This document shows positions 1 through 7,521 of a DNA stretch of 15,584 nt, piece after piece. This DNA is from an uncultured Myxococcales bacterium (GTDB lineage: Bacteria; Myxococcota; UBA4151), in the NCBI GenBank assembly GCA_964013405.1, contig CAXGWI010000085.1:1-15584 (forward strand), in the 5' to 3' direction. Position 1 is the stretch's first letter. Each line of letters begins with the position of its first letter. The position numbers and the translations under genes are program-made. The notes beneath the pieces are model-generated. The model did no database searches. It was not told the origin of the DNA and worked only from the letters and a program-made list of their open reading frames with translations.

Positions 1-1
1 C

Positions 2-223
2 TCTCCGGGGGAGCGACGGCCCATCGACTTGTTTGGCTTCGATTTGGATGACCTCCGGCAGGTTGCGGATTCCGGCGCAACCATCGATGTGCTCTACGAG
101 ATTGCCCTGGACGAGTTCAATGGGCGAACACGGGCCCGTCGCCGGATTGTGGCTTGGCGCGAGCTTCGGGAGGAGACCCTTGCTGAGCCTGATTCCCATC
201 CTGTTGGTCAGCATCAGCCCTGA
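2..223 (+). CDS. recJ: Probable ssDNA exonuclease RecJ, C-terminal OB-fold portion (5' truncated by the window edge)
   Basis: The frame is open from base 2 (SPGERRPIDLFGFDL...IDVLYEIALDEFNGRTRARRRIVAWRE). This resembles the RecJ C-terminal pattern 'a.gF...D.vy....nefnGr....l.i.d.r'. Position upstream of tgl/rodZ-like/recO is compatible. Only about 73 aa are visible. Confidence 0.6.
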   Translation, partial: SPGERRPIDLFGFDLDDLRQVADSGATIDVLYEIALDEFNGRTRARRRIVAWRELREETLAEPDSHPVGQHQP

Positions 224-845
224 AGCCGATTTAGAGCAGCAGTTTCGGAGCGCTTGGGCCGGTAATCAGGCTGTTCGGGCCTGTAGCCTCCTCGACCTAT
301 TGGCAACACAAGGTCCACTCGGCCCCCAGACGGGGCAACTCGCGGTTCTGGCCCGTAAGCGATGTGCTCGGATGGCCTTGAACCAAAATCAGTGGCGACG
401 GGGTGCTCAGGAACTGGAGGCCTTCCGGACCTTGGGGGGCGACGAGGAAGAGATCGCTGATCTCGTGCAGGTTCATGCGGCCGGCCGGGCGCTGGGGCAC
501 TTCCGAAAGGGTGAGGATCGAGAGGGCTTGGTCTGGCTGAAACAGATCAGAGGCCCCCAGCACTGTTCCGATAATCTGGGTGCGCAAGTGGCCCTCACTG
601 GCCTCCGGGCCGTGGAGCGGGAAGATTTTGATCAAGCCGAAATCTATCTTGGCCATCTGGACCGGCTGGCCCCTGAACAGCACCAAGCGCAGCAATTGCG
701 GCGCGAGATTTGGTGGCAACGAAGCGGAAGAACCTGGGCACTTTGGTTCGCGGCCGCATCGTTTCTGCTTCTCGTCGTCTTGACCACTGTGAATCTTATG
801 CGCACGAAACGACGGGAGCGGGCCGTTCTGCGTTCGGAGGTCTAG
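180..845 (+). CDS. Hypothetical exported helical/TPR-like protein with C-terminal membrane anchor
   Basis: A TTG at 180, in frame with ORF 33..845, is preceded by GGGAGGAG (168-175) and gives a hydrophobic N-terminus (MLSLIPILLVSISP). The body is Ala/Leu-rich and helical, followed by a TM segment (WALWFAAASFLLLVVLTTVNLM) and a basic tail (RTKRRER). Its stop abuts the next ATG. Confidence 0.7.
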   Translation: MLSLIPILLVSISPEADLEQQFRSAWAGNQAVRACSLLDLLATQGPLGPQTGQLAVLARKRCARMALNQNQWRRGAQELEAFRTLGGDEEEIADLVQVHAAGRALGHFRKGEDREGLVWLKQIRGPQHCSDNLGAQVALTGLRAVEREDFDQAEIYLGHLDRLAPEQHQAQQLRREIWWQRSGRTWALWFAAASFLLLVVLTTVNLMRTKRRERAVLRSEV

Positions 846-1388
846 ATGATGTTGAAGTTCCTCTTCTTGGGCGGGCTGTTGTTGAGCGGCGATGCAAAGA
901 TCTTCCTCAACGGTGTGGCGGTCGATGGTATTCGCAATCAAGAGTTCAAGAACGCCAATATTCGGATCGATGCCCAAGGCGTGATCCACATCGATGCCGC
1001 TGGCTATAGCGTTGCACCGCCTACAGAGCGTTTGACCCTGTCGCCGATCAGGCTTTTTGGTGACGACGATCTGCTGGTGATCATCGAGAGTAGTGCGCCA
1101 GGCCAAACGGGTATTTCCGTCAAAGCGGCCGTCGCGAATCGAGTCGTGGTCAAAGAGGATGACCCGATGCAGGCCGTGCACGGCTTGCGCCAGTATCTGG
1201 CGAAGGGTGAGAACGCGGTGGAAATACGCATCGCAAAAGGGGTGGGTTCGGGTGAAGTGAATCTTGTGATTGGGCTGGGGCGACTCGTCGGCAACGAGAT
1301 CAAGTTGATCGCAGACCCTCTCTTCCAGGGGCCTGTGAAGTTGCCCGAGCACGGACTGCGTATCTATCAAATCAAGGTGAAGAACTAA
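846..1388 (+). CDS. Hypothetical secreted beta-rich protein
   Basis: 180 aa ORF with a signal-like N-terminus (MMLKFLFLGGLLLSG) and alternating beta-strand patterns (IFLNGVAVDG, NIRIDAQGVIHIDA, LAKGENAVEIRI). It has a 0-nt gap to the upstream gene and a 1-nt gap to the downstream gene. Confidence 0.8.
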   Translation: MMLKFLFLGGLLLSGDAKIFLNGVAVDGIRNQEFKNANIRIDAQGVIHIDAAGYSVAPPTERLTLSPIRLFGDDDLLVIIESSAPGQTGISVKAAVANRVVVKEDDPMQAVHGLRQYLAKGENAVEIRIAKGVGSGEVNLVIGLGRLVGNEIKLIADPLFQGPVKLPEHGLRIYQIKVKN

Positions 1389-1389
1389 G

Positions 1390-2196
1390 GTGCGAAACCT
1401 CCTCGCCCTGACCCTCGCCATGGGCCTTTGCGGCTGTTTTGGCCACGTCAAACGTGACCAGCGCCTTGGTGAGATCCATCGGGGGCTCGGGGTGGATTTC
1501 CTGAGCAAAAGGGAGTGGCGTCAGGCCCTCGGAGAGCTGCGGGTAGCGAAGAACTTCGACCCGAAGAATCCGGAGATTCGATACAGCCTGGCCTTCTGCC
1601 AGTTCTATGGTTTTCAGCAGTCTGGACCCGCTGAAGCCGAGCTGCGGGCCGCCATCGAAATGAAGCCGGACTACAGCGAAGCCCACAACCTGCTAGGCAT
1701 TGTTTTGAATCACGTGGGGCGCCGTGAGGAGGCGATCGAGAGTTTCGAGACAGCGCTCAATGATATGCTGTACAAAACACCTTTTTTCGCCGCCCAGAAT
1801 TTAGCGCAAACCTTGGTGCTGATGGGCCGAGAAGAGGAAGGGATGAAGCGTCTTCGCCTGGCGCTCAAAGGGAACCCGAATCTATGTGGAGCCTACCTGT
1901 CACTGCATAATTTGGCGCAAGCGCGCGCCGATCAGAAGACCATCGACCGTTACGATCCGGAATTCTTGAAGCGCTGTGTGCGCAATGAAGTTGCGGCGGA
2001 GCGACTCCCCCGGGAGACGCGGCGACGGGCCTATGTGCGAGCGATTGGTCGGGCTCGGGCCGAAAAAGACCGTCAGGCGATCAAAGAACTGATCGCTGAA
2101 TGTCGTGAACGCGTGCCCCGCAAAGATGATGAGCGGGGACCTGACTGTGCCTCGTCCGAGCGGGGCTCCAGCTTCGGTGGCTCGGGTCAGCCATGA
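1390..2196 (+). CDS. tgl: TPR lipoprotein, Tgl/PilF(PilW)-type type IV pilus secretin pilotin
   Basis: Lipoprotein signal with lipobox L-C-G-C (Cys16), followed by TPR repeats including 'PDYSEAHNLLGIVL' and 'ALNDMLYKTPFFAAQNLA' typical of PilF/Tgl. A RodZ-like HTH gene follows, as in known pilF-rodZ loci. Confidence 0.78.
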   Translation: MRNLLALTLAMGLCGCFGHVKRDQRLGEIHRGLGVDFLSKREWRQALGELRVAKNFDPKNPEIRYSLAFCQFYGFQQSGPAEAELRAAIEMKPDYSEAHNLLGIVLNHVGRREEAIESFETALNDMLYKTPFFAAQNLAQTLVLMGREEEGMKRLRLALKGNPNLCGAYLSLHNLAQARADQKTIDRYDPEFLKRCVRNEVAAERLPRETRRRAYVRAIGRARAEKDRQAIKELIAECRERVPRKDDERGPDCASSERGSSFGGSGQP

Positions 2197-2540
2197 CGAC
2201 GATCAGCGTGGGACAGACGTTGAAGGCCGCACGGGAGGCTCAGCGCTTGAGCCAGGAACAGGTCGCCGAGACCCTACGCCTCATGCCCGATGCCATCGCC
2301 GCCTTAGAGGAAGAACGGTGGGAGCGTTTCCCAGCGGTGGTCTATGCTCGGGGGCACCTGGCTAGCTATGCCCGTTTGCTGGGGATCGAGCCGGCCTCGC
2401 TCCTGCTGCGGATGCCTAGCGAGACATTGGACCCGATGGGCGAGGACGGAGAACTCGGTAGCGGTGGTGTCAATCCGTGGCTTGTGGTCGGGGCCATTGT
2501 CGTCGTGGCGGTCGTCGGCTTCCTGTTGATGGGTCGCTGA
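2193..2540 (+). CDS. RodZ-like helix-turn-helix (HTH_25-type) membrane protein, short form
   Basis: 'VGQTLKAAREAQRLSQEQVAETLRL...IAALEE...YARGHLASYARLLGI' matches the RodZ cytoplasmic HTH. A single C-terminal TM (PWLVVGAIVVVAVVGFLLM) follows. ATGA overlap with the upstream gene. Confidence 0.85.
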   Translation: MTTISVGQTLKAAREAQRLSQEQVAETLRLMPDAIAALEEERWERFPAVVYARGHLASYARLLGIEPASLLLRMPSETLDPMGEDGELGSGGVNPWLVVGAIVVVAVVGFLLMGR

Positions 2541-3250
2541 TGGAAGAGCCACTTCGCGGGCTCTTGCTCAAACGGGTTGCGTATGGCGACGCCGACTTGA
2601 TTCTAACCATCCTGACGCACGAGCGCGGCTTGTTCTCCTGTTATGCCCGATCGGCCCGGCGCCAAAAACGGGGGTGGTCCGGGCTACTCAGTCCAGGCAA
2701 TAGTCTTGTTTTTCATCTCTCTGGGCGGCGCCGGAGCGGGCTGGCGAGCCTTCGCCATCTCACATTATCGAAGGATCGGAGCCGGCAGTTGGCATCACCA
2801 ACGGCCCTTGCACGAGCTGCCTATTATCTGGACTTGGCTCGGCGAGTAACCGTCGAGGATGCACCGGCTGAGGACTTCTTGAGCCGCCTCGAGTTCGCTT
2901 TAGATCGAATTGAGGAGCCGGGGGTGACCCGGTACATCGAATGGGCCAGCGTCGAGCAACTCGGGGTTTTGCCAGATCTAGAGCATTGCGGTGATTGCGG
3001 CGCAGATCTGCTTGTGCATGGTGCGCTGCTGAGCATGAATTCCGGCGGGCTTCTCTGTCACGCCTGCGGTCACGAAGGGCTTGCCGTCTCGGCGAATACA
3101 CTGATCCACCTGGGCGATTTAACCCGGGGTGAATTGGTGACGGAAGTGAATGCAGAGCGGGCTTTGGCCCAGTTTCTAGGCCAGATGTTGTTGGAACAAC
3201 TCGGGGTGCTGGAGAGTCGAAGGCAGGCTGCCCGCTACGCGTCCCTTTAA
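2540..3250 (+). CDS. recO: DNA repair protein RecO
   Basis: The ATG at 2540 overlaps the previous stop (TGATG). N-terminal OB-fold motif 'GLLLKRVAYGDADLILTILTHERG...ARSARR' and C-terminal Zn-finger 'PDLEHCGDCG...GGLLCHAC'. Confidence 0.92.
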   Translation: MEEPLRGLLLKRVAYGDADLILTILTHERGLFSCYARSARRQKRGWSGLLSPGNSLVFHLSGRRRSGLASLRHLTLSKDRSRQLASPTALARAAYYLDLARRVTVEDAPAEDFLSRLEFALDRIEEPGVTRYIEWASVEQLGVLPDLEHCGDCGADLLVHGALLSMNSGGLLCHACGHEGLAVSANTLIHLGDLTRGELVTEVNAERALAQFLGQMLLEQLGVLESRRQAARYASL

Positions 3251-4026
3251 CGCCCCCGGATCACCTGACGGGTCTGGGCCTGGCGTGGGCGCTCCAAGTG
3301 GAACATATACCATTGGTTCCCGTAGCCCTGCATCCGCATGGAACGACCGTTGCGCACGGCCTCTAAGTTCTTTTGCAGCAGGGGATCTTTGCCATCGGTC
3401 TTCTTTTCGCCCCGGGAGAGGATCTCGATGGCCGCGTCTCGCCGCTTTTCTGTTCGGCGTCCGTCCTTCGCGTTCAGCACGCACCAGGCCCATACGGCGT
3501 AAAGCATGCCTTGCTTCTTGTTGTGCTTTTCCGACTCAGCAAAAGCCGAGTTCATCTCGGTCCAGTCTTGGTTCTTAAAGTGACAGACCCCCAGCATGGC
3601 TCGGGTTGTCCAGACCCTCGCAAAGCCATCCTTCAGGTAGGGCTTTGCCCGGTCGAAGCGCTTGCCCATAAAGAGGAGTTGGCCGATTTGGCCGTCCATC
3701 TGGGCCCGGATGCCCCATTGCCAGCTGGCAATCGCATAGGCTCCACGTAGCTTCTTGATCGCTTGGTCGATGGCCGCCTGCATGACGGCTTCCTGTTGTT
3801 TTTGCTGTCGCTGCAGATTCACCTTCCGGCCCGCGGCCTCCATGATGACGCCCACCTCCCGTGAGAGCACTTCGACTTTCTTGAAGCTCCGTCGGGCGAG
3901 CAGCCAATAGGACAAGACGCCACCGAGAACACCGGGTGCGATGCCATACTGCGGCCCCCCGAGGAGTGCGCCGGCCAGGGCTGTGACCGAAATAGCGACA
4001 CCGAGGGAGATCAGGAAGTTGTACAC
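3247..4026 (-). CDS. Hypothetical membrane protein with TPR-like helical domain
   Basis: 259 aa ORF with a GTG start and GGAGG RBS 7 nt upstream. Two N-terminal hydrophobic segments are followed by a basic helical region with TPR-like motifs (GQIGQLLFMGKRFDRAKPYL; AMLGVCHFKNQDW). Confidence 0.85.
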   Translation of the reverse strand: MYNFLISLGVAISVTALAGALLGGPQYGIAPGVLGGVLSYWLLARRSFKKVEVLSREVGVIMEAAGRKVNLQRQQKQQEAVMQAAIDQAIKKLRGAYAIASWQWGIRAQMDGQIGQLLFMGKRFDRAKPYLKDGFARVWTTRAMLGVCHFKNQDWTEMNSAFAESEKHNKKQGMLYAVWAWCVLNAKDGRRTEKRRDAAIEILSRGEKKTDGKDPLLQKNLEAVRNGRSMRMQGYGNQWYMFHLERPRQAQTRQVIRGR

Positions 4027-4033
4027 GGAACGG

Positions 4034-4038
4034 CCTCC
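4034..4038 (-). promoter_or_regulatory. Shine-Dalgarno site of the minus-strand gene
   Basis: The minus strand reads GGAGG-CCGTTCC-GTG. Confidence 0.7.
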
Positions 4039-4140
4039 GGCGGGCAGATGCTACAACCCAGACCTCTCCGCAAGACACATTGCCTGCTTGACCTCCGGGA
4101 GCGCCTCGGCTTCTTATCCACCGCCCCTGGATTGGAACCG

Positions 4141-7100
4141 ATGGAACTGCCGCAGCGAATCGGGACCTGGAAGGTCGTCCGCAGGTTGGGCGCAGGGGGC
4201 ATGGGCACCGTGTTTGAGGTGGCTGATGCCGAAGGCGAGACCCGTGCACTGAAGCTGCTCAACGTTCGAGACGAGACATCCACTCGGCGGTTCCAGCGGG
4301 AGTACCGGGCGCTCGCTCGCCTACGCCATCCCAATGTCGTTCGAGTGTATGACACGGGCCAATATGACCAAAGACCTTACTTCACCATGGACCTCGTTGC
4401 CGGGCAGTCCTTGGACGAGTGGTTGCGGGGCTCGGCCAGTCGAGACGAGGAGGCCATCACCGCTGTCGACTCGGTGGACTGGAGCCTGGTTGGCGGCCCC
4501 TTGCCGGTTCGGACAAGCCCGGCCGGGGCCCTCGAATCGGAGAGCCTCCCGCCCCTTTCTCCCGCGCAAATGGCGGTGGTCAATCGCTCGGGGCGTCTAC
4601 GACGGGTGCGCCTGGCCCTGACCCAGGTCAGTCGGGCTCTGGCCTATGTTCACGAACAACGAATCGTTCATCGGGATCTCAAGCCGAGCAATATTCTTGT
4701 GGATCCTCAGGGCCATCTGGTCCTGATGGACTTCGGCGTCGCCGCCGACGAAGCCGAAGGGCTCGAGTCCGGACAGGTGATGGGCACCTACGCGTACATG
4801 AGCCCGGAGCAGGTCCGCGGCCAAGATGTTGATCTTCGTAGTGATCTCTACAGCCTCGGAGTGCTCTTGTTCGAGGCCCTCGCAGGGCGCCGGCCCTTTG
4901 AGGCCGACTCCCCGGCCGCGGCGATCTATCAACACGTTTTCACGCCGGTTCCAGAACTCCACCAGGTCAACCCCCAGGCGCCTCGAGACCTGGTCCAACT
5001 CGCCCATGCGCTCCTTGGCAAGCAACCGAGCGAGCGGCCTGCCAGCGCTTGGGATGTCTTGGAACGTCTTGGGGAGGAGACGCCGGAAGCCAGGTTGCGT
5101 CATCCGATGATCTTCCGGGCCGCCATGGTCGGCCGGGAGCAGCAACTGGGCCGTTTCGCCCGTTGGCTCGAACGTCCCGGTCAGGGCTTGGTTGCTGTCA
5201 CAGGCCAGTCTGGGATGGGCAAGACGCGGTTTTTGATGGAGGCAACCGAGGTCGCTCGGGACCAGGGCTACCGCAGCGTTTTTCTCGGGCCTGGCAGCGA
5301 CCGTTCCTACGGCTTCGTCGCTCCCTTGCTGGATCTGATTTTCGAGGCTGTGGATGGCACGCCCTTAATGGCTCGCCGTTTGCTTCGGGACGATGGCTCC
5401 CTGCTGCTGCGCCTCGACCCTCGCTTAGGCGCGATCGAGAATTTCCCCATCGAGCAGGTTCCCGCCCTGCCTCCCGATGCGGAGCGGATGCGTGTGCGGG
5501 GGGCCCTGTGGCGGGTGCTGCGGCGGCTCGCCCGCCAGGAACCCGTTGCGATCATGGTGGATGGGATCGCGGCTGCGGATGAACTCGCCAGCGAGTTGTT
5601 ACGCTTTCTCATGGAGCAAACGGACCAGGATGATGACGTCCCGCTGGTTTTTGTCGTCGTTGGCGATGGAGACCAGGACTGGGGGGGCTTGGAGCGTCTG
5701 GCTTTGGCCTTGGAGCCTCTAGACAAGGAACAAGTCGGCTTGCTCGCTGGCGAAATTCTGGGTGCACCGGTGGCCCAGTCCTTTGCCGCCCAACTCGAGC
5801 AACAGTCCCAGGGCTCGCCCCTTCTGGTGCGTGAAGTGATCCGCCGCTGGTCCGACCAGCGACTCCTCGACCGGGATGAATCCGGGCTTTGGGTCTTAGC
5901 CGAGCTGCCCTCCGCAGGAGAAGCGCTCCAGGCCACCGCCGATCTCCGTCTCCTGGCGAAACAGGACCTGGCTGAAATCGCTCCTGAGCAACGGGAACTG
6001 CTGCTGGCGGTTTCCGTTCTGGGCACCCACAGCTCGTGGTCGATGCTCTGTCGTGTCCTGGCGACGACAGAGACCGAAGCCCAGCCGTTAGTGGAGCCCC
6101 TGTTGGATGCTGAGATCCTCCGGGAACAGGATGACCGCTTGGTTTTTCGTCATCAAGTGCACCAGAGCCTGGTGTTGGAGCAGAGCGATGAGTCGGTCCG
6201 ACAAACCTTGCACCGTCATACGGCGGAGGCGCTCTTTAGCGGCGAGGATCCAGATCCAGAAGGGATGGTCAGCCATGCATTGGCTGGTGGGCATTCGGAT
6301 TTGCTCGAAGCCTTTTTGCCGGCTGCTGCACAAAAAGCCCGTAGTCTCGGAGACCTGGCCCGGGCCCAGCGGCATCTTGAGCGCATCCTCGATCATGCCC
6401 GCCAAGAAGGGCGAGTTCTACCCTTAGAGGTGGCTCTGAGTCGGGCTGAAGTGTTGCGGGACCGGGGCGACCTTCCGGGCGCGCTGCGGGCGGTCGACGA
6501 ACTTCTTGATGGGGCTGATGCTTCCGGTCAAGCATACCGGGCCCTGGCCATGCGCTTCGAGATTCTTGGGGACTTAGGGGACGGCGATGCCTGCTTGGCT
6601 GCGCTGCCAGACTTGGAGACCGCACTGGCTTCGGCCGAGGGGGTGGGGCGCTCGGCGCTGCTGAGTGCGAAAGCGGTCATTTTGCAGCGCTTCGGTGATG
6701 CCAGGGCATCCCTCGATGCCTACACTGCCCTGGAATCATTGGCCCGGGAGCTCGAGGATCAGGCGCTGCTGGCCCGGGCGATTCAAGCCCAGGGGATTTG
6801 CCATGAGCGGGTAGGGGCTTTGGGCGAGTCAGCTCGGCTGCTCAAGCTGGGCATCGAAGCAGCCCGTGTTTCGGGCAATGAACAGGTCTTGATGGTGGCT
6901 CTGATCAACGCGGTGCCTACGGTGCTTTTATCCGGTGAACTTGAAGAAGCCAGCAGCTTGGGTCAGGAGGCCATATCATTGGCCCAGCGGATGAGTAATG
7001 TGCGGGCCGGCGTGATCGCCGCTGCCAATGGCCTTTGGGTCGAGATGGAATTGGGGGCCCTGGATGGTCTTGATGACAAACTCCGTCAGCTCTTGGACCG

Positions 7101-7521
7101 ATTGGAGCAAGATGGTGCTCCTTACGCCGAACCCGAGTGCCGCCTCCTCCTCGCCCGAGTCTTGCTGAGCCACGGAAACCGCAAAGAAGCCTTGCTTCAA
7201 GCCGAGCTGGGCCGGGACCGGGCCCAGAGCCTCCATATGGAGCGTGAAAGCCTGATTCTTGAGGTGCTCTTGCAACGGATGAAGGGCATGGACATGGCGG
7301 CTGAAGAGATGGCCTCTGGTTTCGAAGCGCTTCGTGCCCGGGCGACGGACTACGGCGCGATGGGTGAGGTGGCTTGGTCTTGGGAGCAGGAGGGCATCGT
7401 GCGCAGGTCGATCGGCGACGAACCGGGCGCTGTCTCCTGTTTTCAGGAGGGGCTCTCCCTTGCTCGCAAGATGGGTTATGAACTGTTCGCCCGGCGTTGT
7501 GAGGAGGCGCTGAAGTCGTGA
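4141..7521 (+). CDS. Ser/Thr protein kinase fused to a P-loop NTPase (AAA_16/STAND-like) and TPR-like repeats
   Basis: Probable start ATG 4141 (MELPQRIGTWKVVRRLG). Kinase motifs GAGGMG, ALK, FQRE, HRDLKPSN, DFG, GTYAYMSPEQ and DLYSLG are intact. The NTPase region shows 'MVGREQQL', Walker A GQSGMGKT, 'SQGSPLLVREV' and 'FRHQV'. A long Ala/Leu-rich helical repeat C-terminus follows, with no obvious TM. Confidence 0.92.
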   Translation: MELPQRIGTWKVVRRLGAGGMGTVFEVADAEGETRALKLLNVRDETSTRRFQREYRALARLRHPNVVRVYDTGQYDQRPYFTMDLVAGQSLDEWLRGSASRDEEAITAVDSVDWSLVGGPLPVRTSPAGALESESLPPLSPAQMAVVNRSGRLRRVRLALTQVSRALAYVHEQRIVHRDLKPSNILVDPQGHLVLMDFGVAADEAEGLESGQVMGTYAYMSPEQVRGQDVDLRSDLYSLGVLLFEALAGRRPFEADSPAAAIYQHVFTPVPELHQVNPQAPRDLVQLAHALLGKQPSERPASAWDVLERLGEETPEARLRHPMIFRAAMVGREQQLGRFARWLERPGQGLVAVTGQSGMGKTRFLMEATEVARDQGYRSVFLGPGSDRSYGFVAPLLDLIFEAVDGTPLMARRLLRDDGSLLLRLDPRLGAIENFPIEQVPALPPDAERMRVRGALWRVLRRLARQEPVAIMVDGIAAADELASELLRFLMEQTDQDDDVPLVFVVVGDGDQDWGGLERLALALEPLDKEQVGLLAGEILGAPVAQSFAAQLEQQSQGSPLLVREVIRRWSDQRLLDRDESGLWVLAELPSAGEALQATADLRLLAKQDLAEIAPEQRELLLAVSVLGTHSSWSMLCRVLATTETEAQPLVEPLLDAEILREQDDRLVFRHQVHQSLVLEQSDESVRQTLHRHTAEALFSGEDPDPEGMVSHALAGGHSDLLEAFLPAAAQKARSLGDLARAQRHLERILDHARQEGRVLPLEVALSRAEVLRDRGDLPGALRAVDELLDGADASGQAYRALAMRFEILGDLGDGDACLAALPDLETALASAEGVGRSALLSAKAVILQRFGDARASLDAYTALESLARELEDQALLARAIQAQGICHERVGALGESARLLKLGIEAARVSGNEQVLMVALINAVPTVLLSGELEEASSLGQEAISLAQRMSNVRAGVIAAANGLWVEMELGALDGLDDKLRQLLDRLEQDGAPYAEPECRLLLARVLLSHGNRKEALLQAELGRDRAQSLHMERESLILEVLLQRMKGMDMAAEEMASGFEALRARATDYGAMGEVAWSWEQEGIVRRSIGDEPGAVSCFQEGLSLARKMGYELFARRCEEALKS

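Noticed and set aside
33..179. N-terminal extension of ORF 33..845
   Set aside because: It overlaps the recJ-like frame extensively. A better start with SD and signal peptide exists at 180.
297..1508. 403-aa minus-strand ORF
   Set aside because: Antisense shadow of three coherent plus-strand genes with no recognisable motifs. Long shadow ORFs are expected in GC-rich DNA.
2477..2539. Upstream extension of recO in the ORF track
   Set aside because: It lies within the RodZ-like gene. RecO similarity begins at ATG 2540, which overlaps the previous stop.
4048..4140. Longer kinase start at 4048, and a TTGACC (4088-4093) -35-like hexamer
   Set aside because: The extension would fill the divergent promoter space and does not resemble a kinase. 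The hexamer has no convincing -10 at 16-18 nt, so no promoter is called.
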